Positions 46,477 to 56,977 of a DNA stretch of 64,000 bases are shown here, piece after piece. Within the stretch, counting starts at the first letter, position 1; the number at the start of each line of letters is the position of its first letter. The notes under the pieces are model-generated. The model did no database searches. It was not told the DNA's origin and saw nothing but the letters and a program-made list of their open reading frames with translations. Made by a program: the position numbers and the translations under genes. This DNA is from an uncultured virus (IMG/VR IMGVR_UViG_3300030376_008664) (lineage: Duplodnaviria; Heunggongvirae; Uroviricota; Caudoviricetes): the IMG/VR virus record IMGVR_UViG_3300030376_008664, one strand, 5' to 3'.

Positions 46477-49400
46477 TATGCTTTAGCTTGTCTTAAAGAT
46501 CCTCCTAGTCTCTTTTCATCATCAATAACTTGTTTGACAACATCTCTTATTCTTCCTGCAAGATTTGTATTTTCTTCATCTGCGTTTCCATTTTCACTAG
46601 ATGTTCCATCTGAATTTACAGTGATGTTAATTACAGTTTCTCCTTGATTGTCAGAAACAGAAATTAATTCATCAAGCTTATTTATAACAGCTCCTCCATC
46701 TCCAGCACCACCACCAGAATTCATAGAGGATAAAGCTCCTCTACCTATCTTTTGGGTCGCTGCTGCGTTCATCACAAACTCTCCTCCTGACAACATAGCA
46801 GGAACAGTATCTACTCCCGCTGCATAAGGTATAGATCCTCCTGTAGCTCTTCGGGGCATTGTGCCATGCATAGGCAGCATAGTAGGTTTACCATCTGGAT
46901 TAAACGCTAAATTAAGATCACTATTAACAGGGCGAGCTGCCGCGCTCCTACCATGTGACCCTAAATTTGGTGAACCGCCCCCTGTATTAGATAAGTCTGC
47001 TGTTTTACCACCACTAAACATTTCATTCAAACCAAAGGATATAGCGAAGGATGCTATAGAACCTAGCAAAGCTTTGTTAGCTTGCTTCTCTTGCTCTCGC
47101 ATTTGCTTTTCTTTGTTTACCTGTTGGACATACAATCCAAATGCTGATTTTTTACTAGCTTGCTCTTGTGCAAACTGTGGGCTGTTCCTACGGCCAAACA
47201 TTGTAAGAGCTGCACTTTGAGGCTCTAGCGCAACAGAGGCGAATCCAGCCCCACCAGAAACAGAATCAAAAGCTCCAGTTGTGAAAGATTGTGTCGCGAA
47301 ATCTAAAAGATTTTTCTTACCCTTCATTGCTCCCTGTCCATAAGTTCCTGGGGTAAACAAACCTCCTCGATTCATCATGGGTATTTGCCCTTGGTTAAGA
47401 GCCGACATGAAACCTGCTCCATATTTTTGGACAGCTCCTTTTTTCATGACAAACTCTCCACCAGTCAAAAGAGCTGGAACATCATCTCTAGCTCCAGATC
47501 CTCCAGTAACTTTACCTCCAGAATTAAAACCTAAACCCCCTAAAAATTTTAATATCCCTGTCCCTTCTCCTCCTCCTATTATACTATTAACAGCCTTTTG
47601 CATTAAAGCTTGAGATAAAGTGTTGAAGAAATCCGCAGCGGCGCTTCTCAATAGTCCACCTAAATCCTCTCCTTTAGCAATAGCGTCTGTCATCGCTCTT
47701 CCTATGTTCTGGGCAAATTGAGCTGATGCATCTATTATCTGGCCTGAAAATTGTTGTTCTTGTTCTAAAAGCCTTACCGCTTCTGTATCGTCTGCAATAA
47801 TAGCATTCCCCATTTCATTTCTATTTTTTTCTCGCAAGATTAGTTTTGCTCTCTGGGCTGGATCTGTAGCTAAATCGCGTTCAATAGCTCCTTGTCTTGC
47901 GCCTCTTAACATATCGATCCCCATATCATCTAAAAGTTGATCTCGACTCTTTAGGAAGAAACCTGATGCTTTTAGATTAGCTTCAGCATTTTTTTCTGCT
48001 GCATCTGCTTGATTATTCATTGATTCGCGAGATCTTGCAAAACCGTCTCTTAAATTTGAAAGCTCTTCAGCGATTTTTGGATCTGTAGCTAATTCTATTG
48101 CTTTGTCTAAAGCAAAACTTGAACCCACATTTTGAATAACAGCGGAGGCAGACGATCCTTGACTACCCGTCTGTATTGCAAGCTCTGATATAGCTTGTGG
48201 TCCTAACTTCTCTATTCTATCTGCAATTTGTTTGTCTATACTTAAATTAAGATCATCTCTTCTATTATCATTATCATCTCTGACATCAAGTAAAGCGTCT
48301 TGGGCAGCTTGTCTTTGCAAAGCCTCACTTTGCCTAGTCGAAAATGCTCCAGTCTCTCTGGCAGCTCTAGCTTGCTCTCTAGATCTTATTGCCTGTTTTC
48401 TTCCTTCCACAAGACCAAAAGTGCGCTGCTCTTCTCCTCCTACAAATGAAAGATCGCTAGCTGCTCTAATATTTGCGATTTCAGATGCTTTTACTTTGAT
48501 ATTACCGAGAACTCCTAGTTGATCAGTAAGTTTTTTAGTTTTTTTGTCTTCTACTTCTAAAGAATTTAATTCTCCTTTTAACTTTTCTTTAATTCTGCCA
48601 TCACTTTCTTCTAATAACTTATTAGTTTGTGCGATTAATTCTTTTCTTTCTTCATCCGTAAAACTAGTTTTCTTAGAAGCATCTTCTATTAATCTTTGAA
48701 GTTCTAGAGATTCACCTTCTTTGAATGTTATCTCTTCACTAGCTTTAGCCATCGCAGCTACAGTATCTAAAGTTTTGTCTCTTAAACCGACATTAGCACT
48801 TAATATGTCTTGCTCTGTTTTTAGAGCGATCATTTCACTTTCGGTAAGATTTTTTGATAACTCCGCTTTCAATACTCTTTGGTCCATTTGATCCAAAACA
48901 GTTTTATCTGCTTTAGCCAAATCAACCGAAAGCTGTATTTGTTGTTTGGCTAAGTTGCTTGCAATTCTTGCTGCTTTTTTAGCCGATTCTTCTTTTTTAT
49001 CCGCAGCTTCTTTTTCTATTCTAGCTAATTCCTTTGCAGCTACTTTCCCTTCTTCTTTTAATATTTTATCTTGGACTTTTGGATCTCTAACATTTCGATC
49101 TCTCATAGCCGCTCTCATAGTATTTATATTTGGGCTATTCAGAATCCCTGTTCTGATCTGGGGAGTGAGATTAACTAAAGGTTTACCATCTGCACCTACT
49201 TTTGACGCATTAGCAAAAGCCTCTAAACTTTTAAGTTTATTCAAATCAAGGTTTTCAAAAACTTCATCTACCTTTTTAGTGCTTGCTCTTAATGCATTGA
49301 TTTTATCAATGACTGCATCAAATTCCTCAAGATCTAGTTCGGGCAAGCTTACCGTATCACCAACCTCACCAAGTGGATCAGATACTCTTACGTTTTTTCC

Positions 49401-52400
49401 TTTTTTAGCCTCTTCCATTATAACAGAACGCACTTCATTAATATCAATACCTGTCGCTAACGCTGTGTCTATAGACTTACCTAGAGTTTCGACTAGATCG
49501 CTGCCTCCGAATATACCACTGTCTGCTATTTCTATTTCTCCAAGGTCACCTGCCAGCGCTCTCTTCCCATCTCCCGTTATATTAAAAAGCTCTTTAAGCA
49601 ATGAGTCTCTTTCCTTTCCAATACCTCTTCTTTCAACTGCCCCTACACCATCTAATCTTACAGCCGCATTGTCAGCAGATTCAGCTAACTTTTCTAAAGC
49701 TAAAGTATTAGCATCTGTTACTCCAGTCGCATCATCTACCATTTTTCCTAAACCTTTGAATAAACTTATACCAGCACTTATAGCTGCTCCATATATACCT
49801 AGTTTACTAACAACAGTGCCAGTTGCACCACCTATTGATTTTCCAAAATCATTTAAAGCACTTCCCGCAAAAGCAGCAGTTGTAAGACTAGAAGCTGTAG
49901 TAGATAGTCTATTTACAAATCGCCCTATACCGTCTTCCGCACCAGATGTCGCTCCAGATAAAGCAGAAAATCCTACTTGCAGAGCAAAAATACCGCCGAG
50001 CATATCTCTTTGGCCTTTAACATTATTCCTGTTTTGATTCGTAGAATCTTTAAGAGATTTTGTATAATCTTTTTGAGCTTGAATTGTGTTTCTATCAAAA
50101 GATCCAAAATTACCTTGATTTCTAATTGTAGATGTCGGATTTTTACCAAAACCTTCTCTTTCGGATCTTCTTGAAAAGTTAGGAATCGCTCCAGTAGGCT
50201 CATCGCGAGTATTAGTTACAGCAAGACCCATTGGGTTTCCAGAATTTCTTAATGTTGGATCTTGATTGATTCTTATTTGATTAATTGGAAGACCTGCGGC
50301 TTTTTCTCTTCCTATAGCGTCTTCAAGAGGTGAAGCAAAATTTGGAATGTAACCAGAAGCCGCTTTTAGTCTCCCCATATTTAGCTTACCCAAAATTTCT
50401 TTTTGCCCTTTGCCTCCGCTAGCGTTCTGCAACTCTTTTATACCTTTTCCACTAAGTGATTTGCCAGTAGCAGAAGCACCAAAATAACTAAATATTTTCT
50501 TAGCCATGCTATTTCTAGTGCCAGAGTTATCTCCTATTTTAGCATCTAAAAATTTGATATTAGTTTTCTTTAAAGCTGGAGATATATCTCCGATACTATT
50601 AATCGCAGATGCACCTACATAATCAAACGTAGCTGTTTCACCAAAATCAAAATCTTTACTTTTTATTATACCACTTAATGCTGTATCAAAAATAGCTCCA
50701 GATAAACTACCTATCGATCCTTGGTTTGAAAGTGTCTGTTTTTTTTCTGCTTTTGGTCTACCTCCAGTCATCGACAGGGCTTCTCTATTCGCTAAACCTA
50801 TAGCAAATTTTCCGACTACTCTTTTTAGATCTTTTTCTTCTCGGGCTTTTTCTCCTGCTGCATCAATACCAAAAATTGGAAAACTATAAGTGACAGCATT
50901 TTTTCCTTTCCCAAAAGTTCCCTGACCCCTTGTCTGCCCAGGCCGTCTTTGCGGCACAATCATACCAGCAGCATCGGTTTTTACTACTTTAGCAAAGTTA
51001 GGTATGTATCCTCCAGCAGCTCCTATCTTTTTCGCTCCAGCAGGAAGTCCCATCGAAGCAGCCATGTCCTGATTGAATATAGCAGATCCTCCAGTTCCAG
51101 CAAAATTAGGAACCATATACTCGCTGGTGTTTGCCACCATCGTTCCCTTTTGACCGCCTCCAAAATTAAAGTTTGGTATAGTAACAGGTTTAGCGGATTT
51201 AGGTGCTCCTCCTACTCCACGATTTATATCTGACTGTTCAGAACCATAACCCAGAACTGCATTAAAGTTAGGAATGTAACCTCCAGCTCCTCGACCTCTT
51301 CTAGTCCCAGCCATAACCCCAGGAGCTACTCTAGTCGCTATACCTTGCATTTTTTGCATGATACCGAGTTGCTCATTAAGAGCAGTCGTGAAAAATTTTG
51401 TCTGTTGTGCTTTTTTTTGTTCAGCGCTTACTTGTGAGTTTTCTATTTTTAGTATCGCATCTTGTACGCCTTTATTATTTAAAAGAGTGGATGCTATTTG
51501 TCCCTGTAGAGTAGCTTGCTGTTTTGCTGCGCTGTTAAGACCAAAGAAAGTTTTTAAAGAACCAATACCGAACTTCGCTAAATCCGCAGTAAGCTTTAGA
51601 ATGATAGCTCCAAAGATAGCTAACCCAGGTCCAGCAATGACACCTCCTATACCTTTTACTATTCCTTTGGCGAAATCAGATCCTGTCTCTTCTCCGTCCC
51701 CAAGCAGTTCATTCACTTTAACAAAAATATTACTAAAAAAGTCTAGAATACTTTTTAAATTATCTGTGACACCAATTTCTCCTAAAGTGTTAGCTAACTC
51801 TTTTAAATTAATAGTAGTCTCATTAAGAACAGCAGATAAAGTTTGATTTAGAGCTATATTACGGCTATAAGCTTCATTAGTAGCCTTACCAGCAATTTCA
51901 GTTACTTTAATAGCTGTAGAAGTCTCTCTATTATAATCTTCGAGAATAGCTAAGAATGGAGCAATTTGGAATTTACCTACTAGATTCTCTGCGATCTGCA
52001 ACTTTTTAGCGTCAGGTAAAGTCTCTAAAGTTTTTCCTAAATTTTGAATTAATTTTGTTGCACTTAAAACTTGTCCTGATGCATCAGTAACTTCAACGCC
52101 AAGATTTTGCATTGTCTGAAGTTTGTCGAGACTTTGAATACGAGTAAAAATTGTTTTAAAGGAGTTACCGATAACTGCTCCTCCTCGGGCGGTTCTTTCT
52201 TGCACGGCTGTAATAACACCAACCAACTCATCAAAAGAAACACCAGCCTGAATAGCAACAGAACCAGATCGCTTAATACCTTCGATCAGATCTTTTTCTG
52301 AAACAGCAGCCGAAACAGCGGCAGCAGATAATTTATTAAGAACTTCTGCACTAGTAATCCCAGTAGAATTGAAAGAGTTAATAGCTGATGTTAAACCAGC

Positions 52401-52913
52401 GACCGCTTCAGCAGCGCCCAACCCAGACAAACGACTTAAAACCAAAGAGTCATTTAATCTTTTTGTAACTTCTTCTGCTTTTAAACCTTGTCGGCTTAAT
52501 TCTAAAGCGGCGTTCGCCACTGTTTCAAATGATTGCTCTGTATTTCGAGCTACATCAAAAATAGTCCCCTTAAAGTTATTTAATTCTTTGTTAGTGGTTC
52601 CCAGAATGGAATTAATACTAGCAAGAGATTTTTCTACTTCGATAGTTGTTCTTACTAAATCCGCGAAACCTCTTTGAACTGCCGAAAGCACACCCACTGA
52701 AGCTCCAAATGCCAACACACGGGCATTAGCTGCCTCCATAGACTTGGTAAACTGGTCTGCCTTACCAGTGATCCTTCCTAAAGGTTGCGAAAGCCCCTCA
52801 ACGCTCTTCGCGTTTGCGCCTAAATTTATCTGTAATTTTCTGCCAGCTCTTTTAGCGGCAATTTCAGCGCTTTTCTCTAATCCTATAAATTCTGCTGGTA
52901 ATTGTAATGGCAT
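46476..52913 (-). CDS. Tail tape measure protein
   Basis: 2145 aa; TP901-like core (RQG...RLSGL...T.R.G..IGNSFKTIF.R), helical Ala/Gly-rich, C-terminal D.VPA.L.GGEFVM. Confidence 0.9.
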   Translation of the reverse strand: MPLQLPAEFIGLEKSAEIAAKRAGRKLQINLGANAKSVEGLSQPLGRITGKADQFTKSMEAANARVLAFGASVGVLSAVQRGFADLVRTTIEVEKSLASINSILGTTNKELNNFKGTIFDVARNTEQSFETVANAALELSRQGLKAEEVTKRLNDSLVLSRLSGLGAAEAVAGLTSAINSFNSTGITSAEVLNKLSAAAVSAAVSEKDLIEGIKRSGSVAIQAGVSFDELVGVITAVQERTARGGAVIGNSFKTIFTRIQSLDKLQTMQNLGVEVTDASGQVLSATKLIQNLGKTLETLPDAKKLQIAENLVGKFQIAPFLAILEDYNRETSTAIKVTEIAGKATNEAYSRNIALNQTLSAVLNETTINLKELANTLGEIGVTDNLKSILDFFSNIFVKVNELLGDGEETGSDFAKGIVKGIGGVIAGPGLAIFGAIILKLTADLAKFGIGSLKTFFGLNSAAKQQATLQGQIASTLLNNKGVQDAILKIENSQVSAEQKKAQQTKFFTTALNEQLGIMQKMQGIATRVAPGVMAGTRRGRGAGGYIPNFNAVLGYGSEQSDINRGVGGAPKSAKPVTIPNFNFGGGQKGTMVANTSEYMVPNFAGTGGSAIFNQDMAASMGLPAGAKKIGAAGGYIPNFAKVVKTDAAGMIVPQRRPGQTRGQGTFGKGKNAVTYSFPIFGIDAAGEKAREEKDLKRVVGKFAIGLANREALSMTGGRPKAEKKQTLSNQGSIGSLSGAIFDTALSGIIKSKDFDFGETATFDYVGASAINSIGDISPALKKTNIKFLDAKIGDNSGTRNSMAKKIFSYFGASATGKSLSGKGIKELQNASGGKGQKEILGKLNMGRLKAASGYIPNFASPLEDAIGREKAAGLPINQIRINQDPTLRNSGNPMGLAVTNTRDEPTGAIPNFSRRSEREGFGKNPTSTIRNQGNFGSFDRNTIQAQKDYTKSLKDSTNQNRNNVKGQRDMLGGIFALQVGFSALSGATSGAEDGIGRFVNRLSTTASSLTTAAFAGSALNDFGKSIGGATGTVVSKLGIYGAAISAGISLFKGLGKMVDDATGVTDANTLALEKLAESADNAAVRLDGVGAVERRGIGKERDSLLKELFNITGDGKRALAGDLGEIEIADSGIFGGSDLVETLGKSIDTALATGIDINEVRSVIMEEAKKGKNVRVSDPLGEVGDTVSLPELDLEEFDAVIDKINALRASTKKVDEVFENLDLNKLKSLEAFANASKVGADGKPLVNLTPQIRTGILNSPNINTMRAAMRDRNVRDPKVQDKILKEEGKVAAKELARIEKEAADKKEESAKKAARIASNLAKQQIQLSVDLAKADKTVLDQMDQRVLKAELSKNLTESEMIALKTEQDILSANVGLRDKTLDTVAAMAKASEEITFKEGESLELQRLIEDASKKTSFTDEERKELIAQTNKLLEESDGRIKEKLKGELNSLEVEDKKTKKLTDQLGVLGNIKVKASEIANIRAASDLSFVGGEEQRTFGLVEGRKQAIRSREQARAARETGAFSTRQSEALQRQAAQDALLDVRDDNDNRRDDLNLSIDKQIADRIEKLGPQAISELAIQTGSQGSSASAVIQNVGSSFALDKAIELATDPKIAEELSNLRDGFARSRESMNNQADAAEKNAEANLKASGFFLKSRDQLLDDMGIDMLRGARQGAIERDLATDPAQRAKLILREKNRNEMGNAIIADDTEAVRLLEQEQQFSGQIIDASAQFAQNIGRAMTDAIAKGEDLGGLLRSAAADFFNTLSQALMQKAVNSIIGGGEGTGILKFLGGLGFNSGGKVTGGSGARDDVPALLTGGEFVMKKGAVQKYGAGFMSALNQGQIPMMNRGGLFTPGTYGQGAMKGKKNLLDFATQSFTTGAFDSVSGGAGFASVALEPQSAALTMFGRRNSPQFAQEQASKKSAFGLYVQQVNKEKQMREQEKQANKALLGSIASFAISFGLNEMFSGGKTADLSNTGGGSPNLGSHGRSAAARPVNSDLNLAFNPDGKPTMLPMHGTMPRRATGGSIPYAAGVDTVPAMLSGGEFVMNAAATQKIGRGALSSMNSGGGAGDGGAVINKLDELISVSDNQGETVINITVNSDGTSSENGNADEENTNLAGRIRDVVKQVIDDEKRLGGSLRQAKA

Positions 52914-52946
52914 ATCCGTGAACCTTTACTTTAATTACACAAATAT

Positions 52947-53930
52947 TTACACATCATGCCCAGCTAATCGCATCATTTGTTTCATATCTAACTTGCCACC
53001 AGCCTTTTTTGCCTCTTCAGATAAGGAGACATTTCCCTTTTGAGCTTTTAGATTCTGCATATCTTCTTTTGTTGCTCCAAAAACAGCAGAGGCATCTGCA
53101 TCGTCTTTTATACCACCAGAATTCTTGTCACCATTTCTTTGAGACTCTGAATAAGACAGCAGTTTTTCAGGGTCATCCTTAATATGATCTGGGATGTTTT
53201 CAGTATATTGGAATATGTTATAGAACATCCTTCCAAAAAGAACCACTCTTAATTGATATATGGTTAACTCGGTTATTGGCTTACCATAAAAACCATTGAC
53301 ATCTTCACACAAAGAAAGATACATGCTAAAAAATGGCCTCAAAACAGCTTTTTGTATCGTAGAATCAGTTAATCTTTTTTGAACCTCTCTGTGGATTTCG
53401 CTCAATCTCAAAATTTGCCAAGACTCTAACTCGCCAAACTCTTCTTCAGAATATAAATGATCTGTTAATTCTTTATTTTTAAACAATAAAAATCTTAATA
53501 TTTCATCACCGCTTCTAATTTCAGCATAAGTCTCTGCTGTTTGGCCTACAATTTCTTTCCTTTTCTCTTGTAATGAGATTAGCTCCTTAGACTTTTCTTC
53601 TACTTGATTTAAAAAGTCTTCTTTTTGAGATTGTAGGAATACAGCTCTAGCTGTTTGTTTGAGGTTTTTAATCTCAAATTTTAAGTTTTCTATAGCTAAT
53701 TCATCAGAATCGTTCCAAATGCCTTCATCTCTAACATATTGTAATTGATATTCCTCTGATGGTAATCCTTTACAGAGAGCAATTTCTCTGTATTTTTCAT
53801 AATAGTTATGAAGATATCTTTGATCTCTTATGCTTACATGCTTTATGTATACAGCTTTCTCTTCAAATGAGGCTTTGGTATAACCATCAAAAGCTTCACC
53901 TACAAGAGAGATGTAAAACTCTTCCTTCAA
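52947..53930 (-). CDS. Putative tail assembly chaperone
   Basis: Coiled-coil, directly upstream of tape measure; TTG start overlapping previous stop. Confidence 0.5.
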   Translation of the reverse strand: MKEEFYISLVGEAFDGYTKASFEEKAVYIKHVSIRDQRYLHNYYEKYREIALCKGLPSEEYQLQYVRDEGIWNDSDELAIENLKFEIKNLKQTARAVFLQSQKEDFLNQVEEKSKELISLQEKRKEIVGQTAETYAEIRSGDEILRFLLFKNKELTDHLYSEEEFGELESWQILRLSEIHREVQKRLTDSTIQKAVLRPFFSMYLSLCEDVNGFYGKPITELTIYQLRVVLFGRMFYNIFQYTENIPDHIKDDPEKLLSYSESQRNGDKNSGGIKDDADASAVFGATKEDMQNLKAQKGNVSLSEEAKKAGGKLDMKQMMRLAGHDV

Positions 53931-54682
53931 AGTTTACCTTTTTCAAGATCTTCTATAAGTTTGTTAAATTCTTTAGGAGTGGAAGCTTGGTTGAAAAACC
54001 AAAAAGCTAAGACAGTTGTTACTTTCTTGATAACGGCTCCATAAAAATCTGAAGCTTCGTCTTCTTTAGAATAATAGTCTTCCATTTTTTCATCGAATTC
54101 TTCGCCTTTGAAATAAGCGATAGGCTCTTCATCATCCTCTCTTTGAATATGAGTCAACATAATAGTATACCATAAGAGTAGTCTATTTTGAGCTTTTGTA
54201 TCAGCAGTATGATCAAAAAGTGACTGCATCGAACTTTCAGCGTCTACTATTTTTCTTTTAGTTTTAGCGAGATCTTCTTTTAAAGATTCAAGTTTTTCTT
54301 TTTGCTTATCAGTCTTTTTGTCTACACTTTCCAATCGGACATATTCATTTTGGATATCAAAGATTTCTTTATAAAGTTTTCCGTAATCTTCTGCATCGTC
54401 TTCGCTCCAAACGCCTCCAGTGTCGCTATACTTCTTGTAAAGCATAGCTTTTGTGAGAATTCCCTTCTTAACACAACGGCTCATTTCTACGGAATATTCT
54501 AGTTCCGCTTCCTCTAGCTCTCTCCTAGAAGGTCTTTTTAATTTAATCTGAACAGGAGACTTCTCTTTTACTTTCTTAGTAATAGTTGTCTCTTCGCCAG
54601 TTTTTTTATTCTTGCGAGTGCTTTTCTTTTCGACTTCTTTCTCCTCATCTATAGAGAATGAATATAATTCTTTGAATGCCAT
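53927..54682 (-). CDS. Putative tail assembly chaperone
   Basis: Charged coiled-coil (GILTKAML.K..., TADTKAQN); position upstream of tape measure. Confidence 0.5.
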   Translation of the reverse strand: MAFKELYSFSIDEEKEVEKKSTRKNKKTGEETTITKKVKEKSPVQIKLKRPSRRELEEAELEYSVEMSRCVKKGILTKAMLYKKYSDTGGVWSEDDAEDYGKLYKEIFDIQNEYVRLESVDKKTDKQKEKLESLKEDLAKTKRKIVDAESSMQSLFDHTADTKAQNRLLLWYTIMLTHIQREDDEEPIAYFKGEEFDEKMEDYYSKEDEASDFYGAVIKKVTTVLAFWFFNQASTPKEFNKLIEDLEKGKL

Positions 54683-54693
54683 AACCTTTTTCC

Positions 54694-54981
54694 TTATTTA
54701 AATGTAAAACTTACTGTATAATTATCTAATTCAGAATACAAATTTCTAATAGATTCGTTGCCTTGATCTAGAATTCTTTTTCTGATCCAATTGACTTTTT
54801 GAGGAGTAAAATGATTAGCTGTATTTATGACATTATGATGCTCCTTCGGGATATTCTCATAGAGTTTTTCATAATGAAAATCATGATCAGCCTTCATGTC
54901 CTCTAATAAAGAAAGCATTTCTTTAAAAAGGCTAGAAATTTCATATTCAGCCCTTTTATTTAAACTTTTTTTTGCGTCCAT
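54694..54981 (-). CDS. Hypothetical protein
   Basis: 95 aa; TATAAT and AGGA upstream. Confidence 0.7.
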   Translation of the reverse strand: MDAKKSLNKRAEYEISSLFKEMLSLLEDMKADHDFHYEKLYENIPKEHHNVINTANHFTPQKVNWIRKRILDQGNESIRNLYSELDNYTVSFTFK

Positions 54982-55026
54982 GCCTTAATCCTATCTTATT
55001 ATAGGAATAAAAGTGTAAAAATCAAC

Positions 55027-55494
55027 ATGGCAGGTTTTTTATCAGACGATCAAATATCAAAAGTTAGAAATTTAGCAGATACCTTGCACAACACTTTTGC
55101 AAGGACTATTACTGTTTATAAAAATGCTAAAAAAACCTTAATAGCTTCTAACTCTTCATGGAACTCATTGTATAGAAGAACTAATACTGGCTCGAACAGC
55201 TCTGTAGAATACACAGAAGTTTCTCAAAGTTTTACTGCTAGAATATATTACAAAGATATGGACAGCTCTTACTTAACTGATGACGGCCCATCCCAACAAG
55301 CTGGCTCTCAAAACAAGGTAGTTGTTCCTGCTGGGACTGTAGAAATTACAGTCAAAGAAGATGGATATAACTATTTAAGCGAAGCTCGTAGAGTGGAATT
55401 CGATGGGCAAAAATTCATAATTGAAAGCGATGGTCAACCACGGGGTTTTACATCAAATCAATTTTATACTTTTACACTTAGCCCTACTGATTAA
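55027..55494 (+). CDS. Putative head-closure / neck protein
   Basis: Beta-rich, first gene of neck-to-tail-tube operon; GTGTAA 8 nt upstream. Confidence 0.5.
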   Translation: MAGFLSDDQISKVRNLADTLHNTFARTITVYKNAKKTLIASNSSWNSLYRRTNTGSNSSVEYTEVSQSFTARIYYKDMDSSYLTDDGPSQQAGSQNKVVVPAGTVEITVKEDGYNYLSEARRVEFDGQKFIIESDGQPRGFTSNQFYTFTLSPTD

Positions 55495-55495
55495 T

Positions 55496-56083
55496 ATGTC
55501 TAAAATACCACTAGATGTTCGGCAAGTAATACAAAGACAGGCTCCAAAACAGCTTAGAAAAGATGCCGAAAAAATAATTAGAGATAAATTTAAAAAAATA
55601 AAACAGGAAATGATAAAAGAGTTTTTGAGTGATCCTGTTACTATGGAAATTATGTCTGGCCCTTCATCTACAAACATTAGCGGAACATTGGGGGGAGTCA
55701 GTAACTTGTTTGCTTTTATAGGTTTTGATCAAGGAGATCAACCAATAGCGCCAATACTAAATTCTTTAGAAAATGTAAACTTTATTTATAATAAAGAACT
55801 AAAAAAAGGAAATCAAATAGGTGTTAGTTTTAATGTCTTCTTGCCTACAGCAGAAGAAATTTTTTCCATAACGCCTTTACCTTGGGCTACAGGTAGGAGT
55901 TGGGCGCAAGGAATAGAGAGAGGTTTATCAGGATTAGGGTATTTATTAAGGAAAGAAGGGGGTAGATCGGGAGCAGCGGTCCAATCGCGTGTAAACAAAG
56001 TGAGAGGGGGCAGGTTCCAGAATAGACCTTATATCTCTAGTTTTATAAATAAGTATAAAAAAAGATTTGAAGAGTTAAAATGA
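55496..56083 (+). CDS. Putative neck / tail-completion protein
   Basis: Basic protein (LFAFIGF, SWAQGIERG, RSG.AVQ); likely start MSKIP at 55496; synteny. Confidence 0.5.
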   Translation: MSKIPLDVRQVIQRQAPKQLRKDAEKIIRDKFKKIKQEMIKEFLSDPVTMEIMSGPSSTNISGTLGGVSNLFAFIGFDQGDQPIAPILNSLENVNFIYNKELKKGNQIGVSFNVFLPTAEEIFSITPLPWATGRSWAQGIERGLSGLGYLLRKEGGRSGAAVQSRVNKVRGGRFQNRPYISSFINKYKKRFEELK

Positions 56084-56928
56084 AAGAACAATTCCAACAT
56101 AAATTAACTACATCTTTCTTTTTGTGGTTTGATAATTTTCTTCTTAAACACGGAGAAGCTTACACCAATACTACTGGTCAATTTTTTTATTACGACGATT
56201 CTAGATTGGATTCCGACTACAAAGCTTACGGAAGCCCCTATAAACAATGGGTTACAGACTCATCCATAACAGGCGCTACTATCCCTTCTGGAGTTTTTAT
56301 TGATGGATCATTCTCTGGTAGAAGTGACGGAGTTGTCCTAGATTTTGATAATGGAAGAGCTTTAATCAATAATTCTGTGACAGACTCCAATATAACAGGA
56401 GAATTTTCGGTAAAAGATTTTAGTGTTTATTTAACAAATGACACAGAGGATGATCTAATAGTGGAAAACAAATATTCCATAAACTCTAGGCTACCTTCAG
56501 GCCCACTTACTTACATAGAGCCATATGATGATGTTGTTCCAGCTATATTTTTATCTACCTCTCAATCAGAGAATGAGCCTTATGCATTCGGCGGTATGCA
56601 AGAAACAAAAGTCCAAGCTAAAGCTGTAGTCATAGCCGAAGACACTTACCAGTTAGATGGGGTTTTATCTATTTTTATGGATTCTATAGACGAAACAATA
56701 ACTCCAATTCCTATGGCAGATTACCCCACAACAGAACTGGGTGATCTAAAAGGAAACACTTACAGCTATACAGGAACAACGAATGATCATACAGGACAAA
56801 TTAATTTTTATATTAATAAAGTAAGAACATCTAAACTAAGCGATAGGACGAGAAGAGAGTTAGCTAATGAGCTTTATATCGGATTTATTGATTTTGATAT
56901 AGATCAACACAGATTTAGATTCCAATAA
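56080..56928 (+). CDS. Putative tail terminator / neck protein
   Basis: Acidic (P.IFL, P.AFGG); immediately upstream of tail tube. Confidence 0.5.
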   Translation: MKEQFQHKLTTSFFLWFDNFLLKHGEAYTNTTGQFFYYDDSRLDSDYKAYGSPYKQWVTDSSITGATIPSGVFIDGSFSGRSDGVVLDFDNGRALINNSVTDSNITGEFSVKDFSVYLTNDTEDDLIVENKYSINSRLPSGPLTYIEPYDDVVPAIFLSTSQSENEPYAFGGMQETKVQAKAVVIAEDTYQLDGVLSIFMDSIDETITPIPMADYPTTELGDLKGNTYSYTGTTNDHTGQINFYINKVRTSKLSDRTRRELANELYIGFIDFDIDQHRFRFQ

Positions 56929-56957
56929 TTTCACATTTTAATAATAAAACTGTAAAC
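56928..56957 (+). promoter_or_regulatory. Bipartite motif ATTTCACA-N15-TGTAAAC (putative strong late promoter)
   Basis: Same boxes and spacing recur on minus strand at 62153-62124. Confidence 0.6.
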
Positions 56958-56977
56958 AAAAGAAAGAATCTTTAATT

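Noticed and set aside
48946..50037. 363-aa plus-strand ORF antisense to the tape measure gene
   Set aside because: Ser/Leu/Phe-rich mirror of Lys/Glu/Ala codons; shadow ORF.
53920..53945. Programmed frameshift between the two putative tail chaperones (AAA CTT TGA)
   Set aside because: Downstream ORF is in the -1 frame with a TAA two codons before its TTG and no canonical slippery heptamer; CTT-TGA is a +1 signal, the wrong direction. Translational coupling is simpler.
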